A stretch of 64,000 nucleotides of DNA from Macrostomum hystrix. Taxonomy: Eukaryota; Animalia; Platyhelminthes. The position numbers and the translations under genes are program-made. The number at the start of each line of letters is the position of its first letter. Position 1 is the stretch's first letter. This document shows, piece after piece, positions 12,483 to 24,973 of this stretch. Where the stretch lies: the NCBI GenBank assembly GCA_950097015.1, contig CATNEN010000038.1, forward strand, positions 9,486,001 to 9,550,000, read 5' to 3'. Below the pieces are notes generated by a model, which did no database searches, had not been told where the DNA came from, and saw only the letters and a program-made list of their open reading frames with translations.

Positions 12483-15400
12483 ATGATCGTGTCAACTGTA
12501 GGACTGCGAGCTCTGATGCTCATTGTTATCACAGGAATTGTCGATTCCCAAGGTGAGCTGCTTCGATGATTTATTACGCTCTAGTTGTCTGGAGCTTCAA
12601 GTAGTTGGTTGCAGCCTAATGATTAGATCGTCGAACTCACGAGTTGAAGGTCGGGGTTCGAATCTTGACTCCACTGAACAATTTGTATCCTTTAGCAAGA
12701 CACTTAAATCGGCGTTGCTTCAATTAACGAAGCTGTTAAATGGGTGGCTTCCCACCAGTCCATGGACAGATCGAACAGCCGTACGATGGACCTCGCAATA
12801 GCTGCGGCTGTGCTGTCGGCTGCACATTTCGCCCAAATAGGGCAGGTGTTATAGATTATTATTATTGTTCTTTTTATTAAGAGCTTCGCTTTTGCATTTT
12901 ATCCTCAAGAGACTGCGAATCCGTGTTTGGTAAAACAAATTTTCCTATTCTTTTTCTGCCAGACTGTCGATCAAACCGGGCCGGATACTCTTACATGGGT
13001 AACATCAGCACAACAGCAAATGGCTGCACCTGCAGGGCTTGGACGGACAGTGCCAACACACGATACACAGACACCACATTTCCTGATGGAAGCCGCGCCG
13101 CGGCTGGCAGTCGATGCCGAAACCCCGGTGCAGAGGCGGATCGACCCTGGTGTTACATTGTTAGCAACTCGTCGTGTTTTATAGGCTCGTCAAGCTCTTT
13201 CGACTACTGCGATAACATCCCCGTCTGCTGTGAGATGCAAGCTTTTATAATGTGACCATTGCTAGCAGTATAGTTGTTGTAGTCGAACTAGTAAGACTAG
13301 AATAACGAAGGAAGCAACACAGCTTGGAGGCGACGGTGGTCCATTACGCTAACCCGAATGGAACTGGACGAGCCGTGGAATGCTGTCGGGCTGGCAAACC
13401 TCGACGATAGATGGTTAGGGCCCGATGTAGCTTAGCCGGTTTCTGTTAAAGAAAGGGCAGCGACACACAAAGTGCTCAGCCTCTTCTTTGTCATACAGTA
13501 CCTGGCGAGATAGCTATGGCCTGTGAGGGTCATGGCGAGGGCGCGGATATCATTCCAATTTTGGTTGAGAAGGGTGTTCCTGAGCCTGCGAGACGCATGC
13601 GGAACTCCGGCACAAGATTGCGGACAGCTCTGGGTGCCCCCCGCTCAACTTTCCCTGTGAAGCCCGCGTGCCATGGGTTCTAGTAAGGAAACCATAATAA
13701 ATTATATCAGTCGCTTTTGGGCACAAACTTTTAGAAAAATTGAATGGTCTTTGTCTACCAATAACCTAATTCTTTGTGATCATGCTTTAAACCAAACAAC
13801 TAATGAATATTCACACCATTGCAACCTATAACCTATGTTGCGCAGCGAAAACGTGTCGAGAGACCCCGGCTGGAACAGAGTACAACGGCGCGGTCTCGCA
13901 GACCTCGTCTGGTAGCACCTGCCTTTCGTGGTCCAGCTTCCTTTTTGCTAACTTTTCGCATCTGTTCACAGCGGACGCCACGATTCCGGGCAGTGTGTGT
14001 CGAAACATCGCCCTCGACTTTACGTTAGTTAAAATTCATAAATATCGATTGAAACATGATTAAAGGGAGGCTTTGTCGTGTTAACTTTGCTTTTCACAAA
14101 CTTTTTTATTCCTTTTAACAAAAACGAATCATTCAAAATAATACGCCAAACCTGCAGTACCAACCCGTCATCAATAAACTTCGTGCCATGGTGTATAGTG
14201 AACGTCACTGGAAATCTGGCTGTTTCAAACTGCAGCATCCCGTTCTGCTCTCAAGTGAACCCAGGTGGATGTCGAACGGACTTGTCGGGTGCCAGTTACC
14301 GAGGCAACCAGTCCACGTCAGTGACTGGTAAGACTTGCATCCGCTGGGACTCGGCTAGTGTCTACACTGCTACCTCTTGGCCAGTGTCCGGGGAGACAAT
14401 CGCTAGCGCTGCGAACTACTGCAGGAATCCGAACAACAGTCCAGTGGGACTCTGGTGCCTTGTGTCAACCACTGACTGGGAGCCCTGTGTGGTGCCGGTC
14501 TGCGGTAAGTTGACAGACAGCTTTTGTACATAAGGTACATTATTTTATTTTATATGATTTTTATAGAAACTTGTTTCTTTACAAGCAGCTGATATACGAA
14601 CTGCGAAGGCAAATTGTGTTTAATGAAACTTTTGAAGACATTTCCTCGTCCTGCTGGAGCTCTAGGTCTCAATATTTACTCTAAATCCCCAAAATAAGAG
14701 CCACGTTTTTGTGCGTCAATTTTTCTGATGATTAAATCTGAGTGGTTAAAAAGAATATCGGGCCGAACTTTAATCTCCCGAAGTATTAATTAATTACTTA
14801 TTTATTTAATTATCTTCTGTCCGTACGTGATTTGTATTTTTAAGCTCCAAATCGAAAAATTATGCAGTACCGATTACCGGCTGTCCAAGCCCACAGTCGG
14901 ACAGCTACAAGTACAAGGATTTGATAACGTACAGAGGCTGTGCCAGCTGGTCCAGTGTGTACGCCAGCAAGTCTGCCACCTGGTACAACTCGAAGATATT
15001 GCCACCTGGCAGCAACGCGATTATCAGCTCGCCTCTCTTCCACCCAGCCTCTCTGCCCGACCTCACTCTAGCGGCTGCGGCTGCATATTGTCGCAACCCA
15101 GACAATGACATCACAGGTCCTTGGTGTCCAACCAGCGGCGGGACAAAGCAGTACTGTGCTAATCCCTGCTTCTTGGCTCGTGAGTTAGCGATTGGTTTAA
15201 AAACGCACTGCACAGAGTGGTTAGGGCAGAGCAGTTAACGCGTTTGTCTCTCGCACCAAGATTCCGCGGCGAGGCCACATTCATCTGGGGCGCAGCCGTG
15301 GAGGGGAGGCTTTGAGGCTTGCCACCCTTGAGGGCCAACGTCCTAGGCACAGTGAAAATGTACATTGCCTGGCTGAGTGTGTGCCTGCGGACGTTATCTG

Positions 15401-18253
15401 TGTGCGTGTGTTCTCAGGAGTCACCACAATGAGCCCTCCTGCAATTATTAATATTATTATGTGATGCATATACCTCGTCATTTTTCTATGCGTTATCCCA
15501 CAGCGTGTATGACGGACACGCAAGGACTCTACTATGCTGGTACAGTTTCCGCTACACGCCTTGGTGTCCCGTGCCAGGCGTGGGTGAGTCAGTTTCCGGT
15601 GAGTCACAGTTTCGCAACCAGCGGCTGGTTTCCCGACGGCTCAGCTGAGCTGGCAAAGAACTACTGTCGCACGCCTGACCAGAACAGATGGGGTCCCTGG
15701 TGTTACAAAAGTAACTACAACGGCACGGGCACCGCCTGGGATTATTGCGATGTTGGCTACTGCACTGGAATCACTACCGTAGCTCCGACAGCTAGCGCTA
15801 GTGAGTTTTATTGGTTTACCGTCTACTGCGAAATGTTGAAACTCAAAAGATATAAAAAACAGATTGTTTACTTACTGCGCAGCCCGGCCCAATATGATTT
15901 ACTTTTATCAGCTGGCTCAATATAAAAGATGCATTAAAAATAATGCTTGACACAGACGCTTTCCAATCCTCATGTCATTGCTTTTTTGTTTTACTGAAAA
16001 ACTCTCTAGCATATTAATTGTTTATTATTACCCAATAGTGACGAACTGACTCAACAAAAAAGAAAACTGATGCCTCATTTCTTTTGTGGTTTAAATCCTG
16101 CATGGCTCACAGAATTCTGTTTCGTTTCTATTTTTAGGCACCGACAACTGTCTCAAGTCCGCCAGCGGCACGGAGTACGCGGGAACCATGTCAACAAGCT
16201 CCTCTGGCAAGACCTGCATCTCCTGGACTAGCAACACTGCCAACCATCCTTACTACCTGCCGCAGATGTTCAACGCTGCCAGCATGACGGAGGTCAAGAA
16301 CTATTGCCGTAATCCAGACTCTTCGACGACTGGTCCATGGTGCTTTGTAGACGCAACTACTCGAGAGAACTGCAATGTGCCAATGTGCTGTGAGTCATAT
16401 CGTATACTTAGCTGCGTGACGGTTCTCTTGAGCCTCTACATTGTCTTTAAGGCATACCTTATACAAGGAGGTTGTAGCCTAGTGGTTAGAGCGTCGGACT
16501 CACGACTTGAAGATCGATTCCTGACCACTGGAAAAAATTGTCCTTTAGCAAGACACTTATCTCTGGATTGCCACCTCTTAGTTGAGGTTGGTGTGGCGTC
16601 CATCCAGTCCATGGACTGAACCTCAGCCTCAGATGCACTTCGGCTGTGCTTTGTGCCCGATTGGGACAGATTTCACCAAGTCATTAAATATTATTTAACG
16701 TATTCAAAGTTCAAAACCTTCCCCTAAACAGTTAAGCATTTCCTTTAATTCTTAGCTTTTACTAATAGTTTTAGTTGATAGTTGTTAAAATTCATGAATT
16801 AATTACATTTTTTGACTGGAATTCCAGCCTCAATCGTTGTGACAGCACCTGGGAGTACTGATACCGTTAGTAAGTGACAAACATTCTCATTTTTATTAAT
16901 TAAAAATGAGGCCCCAGAAATTAGGCATGGTAAAGCAGAGGTGACATACACGTATCATCATTTCAGTGGTCATCGTTGCGGGGATACTTGGCATGGTTGG
17001 ACTCACAACAATGCTCAGCCTGGCTGGTAGCCTGATAGCGGCAAGGTTGGTTGCAGGATTTGTTAATGCCCTGTTCTTCCTTTTTCATCTGCATGTAAGA
17101 ATGCCTTCCCGGGTTTAAAACTTCCAGAGAAGGGCCGTCTTCTGCGGTGCAAGATGGCGTGGTTCCCCGGACAGCGTCCGGCCAGCAGTCCGCTGTTCTG
17201 CCTCCACTGAAGGCACCCGAGGATCCCGGTATCTACAAGACAGTAAAGACTGTCAACATGAAGACAATAATTTCAACGACTGAAAATACTGATTATGATG
17301 AGATCGAGACTCAGTCGGCAGCGCCGCCCCCAACGCAGCAGGCACCAGGTCATGCCAACGGGCAGACTACAGCCATAATACAGCACACAACCACTACCCA
17401 GCAGGCTAGTAGCTCCGCAGTCAAAGACCAACAAAGGAACGGAGCGGGTGGTGGCAGCAGCGACAGCGGATATTTGGTGCACCGCATTGTCACTCAACCT
17501 GCCGAGAACTTTTCTGGCTACAGTGCTGCCTCTGGCCGCGGCGGAGGCGCCGGCGGCGGTGGTGGAGGTAGTAGTGGTAGCTCCGGCTACAAGCGCAGCT
17601 ACCAAATGCAACAGTCAGCTTCCTCTAGCGGCGGCGGCGGCCGAGTCGGCGGCAGTGGTGGCGGCCACGACGGCTGGGGCGGTGGTGGTGGTGCTGCTGC
17701 TGCTGGTGGTTACCTACTTAACTACCAAATACAACAATCAGCTAGCGGTGGTGGCGGCCGAGTCGGCGGCGGCGGTGGCGGCCACGACGGCTGGGATCTT
17801 GGTGGTGGTGGTGGTGGTTACCTGCTTAACTACCAAATGCAGTCCTCTGCTTTCTCCGGCGGTGGTGGTAGTGGTGGCGGTGGTATTAGTGCTCGAGGCT
17901 CTGGCTACGGCTATGGCCAAAGCGGATATGGCGAGAGTCACATTGTTAGTTCGACAGGCATGCAAAATCGCAGCGGTTACGGCATGTCCAATAGATCCTA
18001 CGAGAGCAGGGGCGGAAATTTCGGAGGCGGTGGCGGCGGTGGGGGCGGCGGGAGCGGCGGCGGCAGCAGATACAGCGTTTCTGTGACAACACGTGGAGGC
18101 GGAGGCGGTGGTGGCAGAACCGTCATGAGCAGCTCCAGCAGCAGTCATGGAGCATCTTCGACTGGCATAGAAATGCGCGAGCGGCGCAGCTCCATTGTGG
18201 ACGAGTCACTGAGCACATTCCTGCTTGAAACGAGCGGCAGCTCCGCCCACTGA
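12483..18253 (+). CDS. Multi-kringle type I membrane protein A (signal peptide, 6 kringles, TM, ~375-aa Gly/Ser/Tyr-rich tail); exons 12483-12552, 12963-13229, 13846-14023, 14158-14504, 14868-15179, 15504-15800, 16138-16389, 16828-16869, 16967-17045, 17128-18253
   Basis: All nine introns are GT-AG with matching phases. Signal MIVSTVGLRALMLIVITGIVDSQ; six kringle signatures (YxG...TCxxW...CRNP...PWC); TM MVIVAGILGMVGLTTMLSLAGSLIAA; splices in frame into the 17147-18253 ORF. Confidence 0.88.
12601..12866 (+). mobile_element. tRNA-derived SINE family A copy (intron 1 of kringle gene A)
   Basis: A/B-box head (GGTTCGAATC), TCCTTTAGCAAGACACTTAA core, CCAGTCCATGGAC...GCAATAGCTGCGGCTGTGCTGTC body and (TTA)n tail; six other copies in the window. 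Confidence 0.85.
15208..15460 (+). mobile_element. tRNA-derived SINE family B copy (internally deleted)
   Basis: Shares GGCCACATTCAT...CCTTGAGGGCCAAC...GGCACAGTGA...GTGTGCCTGCG...CTCAGGAGTCA and ATTATT tail with the copies at 18650, 32415, 41590 and 60808. Confidence 0.8.
16467..16695 (+). mobile_element. SINE family A copy
   Basis: GGTTGTAGCCTAGTGGTTAGAGCGTCGGACTCACGACTTGAAG...TCGATTCC head, TCCTTTAGCAAGACACTT core, CCAGTCCATGGACTGAAC. Confidence 0.85.
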
Positions 18254-18649
18254 CATTCTCAGAAAATCTGTGGCATAAATTTGGACGCCAGATAATCATT
18301 ATTTGCGTTGCATTATAAACATGGAACAAGACATATACTCCAGATCTACTGACGAAAATTTTATAGAAACTCAAGAGTACAAGCTTTTTGCGCGTGCACT
18401 TTTCTAATTTATTTCTAATTTATCTAATTTCTAATTTATATATAAATTGAGTTTTAAATAAATATACATAAAAATACGTATATAAAATTTTTTTTGAATC
18501 AAATAAATAGTAACACGACTCAAGATTTGAGAAACTGTGCTTGAAAAGACTTGATGAATAAATATCGCCTTGGCTATTCAGATGCTATCGAATATTTTTT
18601 CTGTGATTGCAGTGTTTTATTTAACTAGGTAATGTTATTATCTGCATGT

Positions 18650-18968
18650 ATTATAATTGAAGGAAGGCTGCGGCAATGGCACATACTTTGGTGACACTAG
18701 ACCCGCAGCCAGCCAAGAGGCAATTCTGCCCATTTCGCTGACTCCTGAGCACACACGCACACAGATACCGTACGCAGGCACACGCTCACACAGGTGTGTA
18801 CATCTGCCCTGACTTTCTCATCGTCAGGCAGTGTACACTCTCAATGTGCCTTGGTGGTTGGCCCTTAAGGGCGTATATTGCCCCGTTTGAATCACGTGGC
18901 CGTGGAATCAAACTTAAGGACCGTGGTGCGAGAGGCAAACGCGATAACCGCTCTGCCACCGACCCCCC
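18650..18968 (-). mobile_element. SINE family B copy
   Basis: Reverse complement starts GGGGGTCGGTGGCAGAGCGGTTATCGCG (A box) ... GTTTGATTCC (B box) and matches the 32415 copy through GCTGCGGGTCTAGTGTCACCAAA. Confidence 0.85.
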
Positions 18969-19419
18969 TATTATCTGCATATGCATTCAGAACGCAGACG
19001 CAACAGACTTCAGCTATCAGAAAAATCATGATGAAGATTCAAAGGATTTCTTGTTTAGATATTTTTGTCTAGATTATGTGGTCTACATTTTTGAGTTGCA
19101 TCTGTGTTTTTACCCTGAGATCTAGTGCATGGTTTTTACCTTCCCTTGAGTATATATACCTATGCAGTCTGGAGCATTTGATTCCTGTCTTAAATAAACT
19201 CATGAGCTAGAGATTACTGAGCTAGACGAAAGTTCGTTATTAGAGAGTACAATTAGCACAACCGTCAGGTCGATATAGATTTGGATCTCGAATGTATACC
19301 AAATGTTTTAATCAAGAAAGTTTTGTTGGCCAAATTGCCTGAAGTTCTTCATTCATTTGTAAAGTGAAGAATAACGTTTGCCAGCAATATATAACTATAT
19401 ATATTTTTTTATAATTTTT

Positions 19420-20340
19420 GGTAGCTTTGGTAGAGTGGCCGACAGCCCTTGCGAATGAGTCAGCGGAGTTGTCTAGGGCGGAAGTCCAGGAAGACTTAAT
19501 GCGTTTCCGGGTTTCTCAGGTCAGCCCAGAGCGCGTTTGTGGCGGCCGACATTTTTGTTTTTGCTTTGCTGGCCAAGCGGAGGTCGAGCACCCTACGAAC
19601 TCTGGACCTGTTAAGTCGCGTGGTCCGGCCGTTGGGGCCAAAGAAATTCGGCAACTTACGGAAGCGCTGCCACAAGAAGCCGTCGACAGAAATGAGATCA
19701 GAGTTGAGAATCGGGGTGCCACAGTTATTCTTGACCAGGTGGCCGTCAGAGGGAAGGGGCGCGTTGAAGTCGCCAACGACGAATACACAATCACCGGCAG
19801 GAATAGAGTCGAGCAAGTGGCCTTGAACTTTGTACAGGGCCGGAGAGCTTTGTCTCTGCCGGATCTTCGCTGGTTTGAGGGGCTGTTGGTGCGTAGACGC
19901 AGAAAACATGCAGGCGCCGATCATTCAGGGCGATTGAGGCATGTCGGAGGCGCTCGGAGATAAAACTGGTGTTTAGCAGGGCTTTGAAAGCCAATGCCTC
20001 CGGTGCCCCGAGGCGTGGTCGGGGTGCCTTGAATTGCCACCCGAGTCCCAAGTCCGCGCTCTCTTCAAAGCTCCAGCGGTGCTCTTCAACAGCCAGGATG
20101 GAGATACTCAGATCGGCTGCTAGCATGGTCAGCTCCTGCAGCCTCCAAGGCTGACGCACGGTCTGTGCATTGACAGTAGCAAACCGAATCTGTGCCCGCA
20201 GATGTGGTCGATTATTGTCTCGCCTAGAGCTGCTTGTGCGTGCATTGCGGGGGCTGAGGTGCAGACCGCAGCCCTAGCAGCTTGCTAAACTGGACTTGGC
20301 AGGCCGCGAGTCCTGTTAGGTTTTGACGAGCGCTGAAGCA
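19420..20340 (-). pseudogene. Decayed non-LTR retrotransposon (RTE-like) APE endonuclease fragment
   Basis: Frameshifted minus-strand pieces: IRFATVNAQT...LQEL...ISILAVEEHRW (motifs I/II), LHVFCVYAPT, DCVFVVGDFNA; YAPT is typical of the RTE clade. Confidence 0.8.
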
Positions 20341-20861
20341 AAGCTCCTTACGCCGGACATATTTTATAAAACGAAAATTGCTCATTAACATTTCTGTCAA
20401 TCTCTACTTGACCGAGAACGCATTTTTAATTACCTACTGGTGAGTTTTTTCGGCCAACTTTGGCCAACCCTTCTCCCTAGCTCGTAGTCACCTAGCATTT
20501 TTTGTTCCTATTAGTATATATAACGTACTTTCATAAAATTCTACCTTAGATAGATTATTTCCCGTGACTCAAAGACTGCCTCAGTGGTGGGCGTCACTTT
20601 CTCAGAAACTTGGTAAAGCTCAGCTTAGCAGCTCAGCCCCATCATGCGACGCCCCTGCAGTCAATTTCACACGCCCAGGAGAGAGAGATTTGGCAGCCTC
20701 GATGGGCGTGGTCACATTGGCTTCTCGGTGCGATGGGGCGGACGATCGGCAACCTTCTTTTATTGAGGCTTTCTCTTCCAGCTGCGATTTAACGGCGTTG
20801 CCAGAGAATCTGGCTAAAAGCGAGACAGTTTGAAGCGCTTGGTTGAGACTTTGTGTGAGAA

Positions 20862-23800
20862 ATGAAGACTGGTAGCGCGCTGTTGCTTTTGCTGCTAGCC
20901 TGGAGCAGCAGAAGTGTCTACGGGCAAACATCTGACGGTAGGTGGTCGACACTTTGACAAACGTGTCTGTGGCAAAAATCGCTTTTTATCCATTGTAATT
21001 CAAATGGCACCGCTAAGAACCATTTTAAATACCAAACCGTATATTTAGGATGCCTGTCCAGCAAGGCTGCCCTGGACTACACCGGTTTCCAGGCGGTAAC
21101 CAAGTCACTGAAGACCTGCATATCCTGGAGCCTGACCCCGTTCGCCACGTCGGATGCGCTGTTCCCAGAGAAGAGCGTTGCTTTGGCCAGAAACTATTGC
21201 CGAAATCCGGGATATTCAAAGACCACACTCTGGTGTTACACCAACGCGACTAGCCTGGAGTTTGACTTCTGTGACACCGTATCGATTTGCCGTGAGTTTT
21301 GCTCTAGTGAATGAGAACACAATTAGACTTACTCCCATCTCAGCCCTAAAACAAATTGGACCTCCGCATGCCTAATAGAGGAAACTCCAATTTGATTTGC
21401 AGAGACAAACTGCCGTCAAACAGAGGCCGGTCAGGAATACAATGGCGCAGTCCAGCTCGACCAAAACGGCACGGCGTGCCTCAGTTGGGCGTCGGTGAAT
21501 CGAATCGGTTCGGACTTCTTTCTGTACGATCGAACCTTGGCCGATGCTAACACCTACTGTCGCAATGTACCACCGAATGTGTGAGTAGAATTGGTATAAT
21601 AAAACTTCACTGTGTACCTCCTCACAAACCTGAGACCACTAACTAACCCTGCAGAACTGTGCCATACCAGCTCAACTCCGTGCCTTGGTGCTTTGTAAAT
21701 CCCAGCAGTCCGACTCTGTCACCATGTAGTATCCCATTCTGCTCGCAATTGACAGCTGGAGGCTGTAGAACAGACCGACTGGGTGTTCTGTACCGTGGCA
21801 CAATCAGTGTCAGCGTCAGCGGGAAGTCATGCTTGGCCTGGAACATTACCGGCATCTATAATGCAACTAGCTGGCCAGTCTCTGGGGAGACCTTAGGGAC
21901 AGCGAGTAACTACTGTCGAAATCCAAACAACAGTACTGTCGGATTGTGGTGCGTCGTTTCAGCTACACAATGGGAGCCCTGCATGGTGCCCGTATGCGGT
22001 GAGTATCTTCTTCTATTGGCACTTTTTTGCGTCCTTGCTGACAGCCGCTGACTCCAAACCAATACTCAAACACTCATTTGACCGACTCGTAGACCAAGAG
22101 ACTCAACTCAGTTCACCAGCTAAGTCTGAGTATGAGGTTATGAGAAGCAACTGAGGAATTTTTTACGTCCGGTACTCTTGAAGCCTCTAGAGGTCCGGAG
22201 TTCGATTCCCATTCCCAAGGGGGGAAATTACTTGTGTCCTTGAGAATGCTGAGGTTTAGCATTTTCAGGCCCTGGACAACAGTTGCGGGTGCGACTGGCT
22301 TACCATCTGACCAGATATCATTTAGATTTAATGTATGCTTAAAACACGTTAAGCACTTAATTTTTAGAATGCTATAAATTAAATAAGGCTTGTCTGTTTC
22401 TCATTACAAAAAACATAGAGCCAAAAACCAGCTGCCCCAGCTCCAGCCTGGACTACTACAGATACAGGCTGAACCAGACCAAGACGGGCTGCCAAACTTG
22501 GAGCAGCGCCTACTCAGCGTCTGTGGCGTCTTGGTACTCTTTCACCCAGCTCCCGCCGGGCTCGTCCGCAGTGCTCAACTCGCCACTGTTTCATCCGGCG
22601 CATCTCTCTGATGCCAGCCTCGCCATCGCCGGTGCGTTCTGCCGGAATCCGGACAACGACGCGACTGGGCCCTGGTGCCCGTCACCCTCCGGCGGCAAGA
22701 TCTACTGCAGCGATCCGTGCAATACAGGTAAGCACTGTTAGTAAGGTTCTAGTCAGAGTAGTTTGTCCTCTAGTGGATACTCATAGTAACAAAGATTGTA
22801 AAAGCTTTGAATTATCTGCTGAGAATTCGCCTCAAAATCCTCCATCTCTAAAGTGACCTGCAAATCGAACTTCAAAACCGAGAAATACATTGGCACAATC
22901 AGCGCGACTCGCCGTGGAATCACCTGTCAGAAGTGGCTGGCACGCTTCCCCTGGTTGCACAGTTTTGATGTCACGGGAGACTTCCCTGACCTCAGCGTCA
23001 GAGATGCGGAGAACTTCTGCCGGAATCCCAACCAGAATCCCTTCGGTCCATGGTGTATCAAGGCGGGGAACTTTACAGACAGTGACTACTGGGACTTCTG
23101 CGACGTGCCGACCTGCTCCGGTGTCACCCTGCCGGCAGCGTTCAGCTCCAGCAATAGTGAGTCTGTCCTGGGGCTGCTGTGAAACTATATGCTTACAAAG
23201 AAATAGTCGCAGACCAACTAGACAGAGCTTTCTCGCTCGCACATCCCGTAGTTGTTGAGTGCATCGACTCGACCTTTGGTTTCACCTACGCCGGGCGCAA
23301 GACAACCACCGGCACTGGCCGCACCTGCCAGCGCTGGGACTCACAAAGTCCACATCCACATCCGTACTACCTGCCCCAGATGTTTAACTCGCTCACCATC
23401 TCCGAAGCGGAGAACTACTGTAGGAATCCCAACAACGACACCAACGGTCCGTGGTGCTTCACTACCGATCCCAATGTGCGATTCGAGTACTGCAACATCA
23501 GCTTATGTAAGCACTAGATAACTAGATAACTAATAGATAAGTGAAGGCGAATGAAAATCAAGACTCTTACTTACTTTCTAGGCACTCCGCTCTACTCGGC
23601 AGGTGTTGGTATGATCAGCTTTAAAATAATTAAAATAATAATAATTGGTAGGGTGTGATTAGTGACAAATTAAATAAACTATATTTTAGAGGGATTTCTG
23701 GCATTCTTCGGCGTCCTGGCCATCCACAGCAGTAGCGTCGCCAGCATTGCCGCCATCATTTTCCTGGTCCAAATGTGAGGGCTCATTTGGTTGTTGCAAT

Positions 23801-24973
23801 ACCGTCAACATTATTTACACATAAAAAAGCTGCAGATACTAAAAATCACCGTTGCTAGGCTGTGGTAACTAGTATGACTCCCGAACTGATTTTACTGAGC
23901 TTAAGCCTACGACAAGGCGACAATAGTTCTTTGTGCAGCTTCGATCGTAGCTACGGCTTAGGAGCTTGTATCATTCACGATGAGGGCCAAATACCAAAAT
24001 ATTTACTCCCTGTGCTTTCGAGCGTTTAGGGGTCAGTGAAATGGGCACGACTGCAGTCTGTGCGTCGTGCCCTGCAACAATATGCGTGTCGAATGGGTTT
24101 GTAGCCTAGTGGCTAGAGCTTCGGTCTCACGACTTCTTGAGGGTCGACGGTTCGATTCCTGTCTGCATTGAAACAATTTGTGTCTTTTAGGAAGACACTT
24201 TACTCTGAATTGTCCCAGTTCACCAAGCTCTTAAATAGGTACCAGCATTAGCTGGGGTAATTGAGAATGCGTGTGACTTCCCCCAGGTACTTGGGTTGAA
24301 CAGCCGTACGCAGCCTTCTGGTGCGCCGCGCAATAGCTGCGGCTGTGCTGTCACCCGATCTCTACTCTGACCTTGCCATCGCACCCGCAGAGCAATCAGC
24401 CACATCCAGGCCAACCGTGCTCAGCGGCAGCAGAACAAACCGCCCAAACTGCCTCAGCCGCCAAAGGAGCGCAAGTCAGTGACCAAGAAGGCAGCGAGCA
24501 AGGCTTCCGTGGAGCCAAAAATCCAGCGCAGCACAGCGGTTGGCCTCGGCGGCAGCACGTCGGCTTCCACCAGCAGCCCCAGCGCCACACTGGACCGCCG
24601 AATGTACCGCAGAGATCCGGTCGGTCGCGACCAGCAGCCATCGAAATTTTCGCACAATAACGCTGTAATGAAGGCGATGGCGAATAGTGACGAGCCGCCA
24701 GATGTTTGGGTGGTCGGACAGGATGCCGGACCGTCTGCGACGCTTCAGCCTATCCGTGAAGAAGAGTTGCAACTTCGGGCTGGCGATCCCCGAAATTCGC
24801 CGCTAATCGATCCGCAGCCGCCGCCGAGAGCGCGCGAAACAGAAACGCTGGAGCGGCGTCTGGACTTTGACGCCGAGTCAATGGCGTCGGAGGCTTCACT
24901 GCCGCGAACACTGCGACAGCAGCAGCATCAGCTGCATCGTTTGAATGCTGCTAGTCATGCCCATGGATTGTAG
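20862..24973 (+). CDS. Multi-kringle type I membrane protein B (signal peptide, 6 kringles, TM, ~190-aa charged/Pro-rich tail); exons 20862-20937, 21049-21291, 21403-21580, 21655-21998, 22419-22727, 22854-23156, 23252-23506, 23582-23608, 23690-23774, 24391-24973
   Basis: Signal MKTGSALLLLLLAWSSRSVYG; kringles such as TCQRWDSQSPHPH...NYCRNPNNDTNGPWCFTTDPNVRFEYC; TM GFLAFFGVLAIHSSSVASIAAIIFLV. Intron number and phases equal those of gene A; joins the 24479-24973 ORF in frame. Confidence 0.87.
24094..24352 (+). mobile_element. SINE family A copy
   Basis: TGTAGCCTAGTGGCTAGAGCTTCGG...GGTTCGATTCC head and GCGCCGCGCAATAGCTGCGGCTGTGCTGTC body. Confidence 0.85.
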
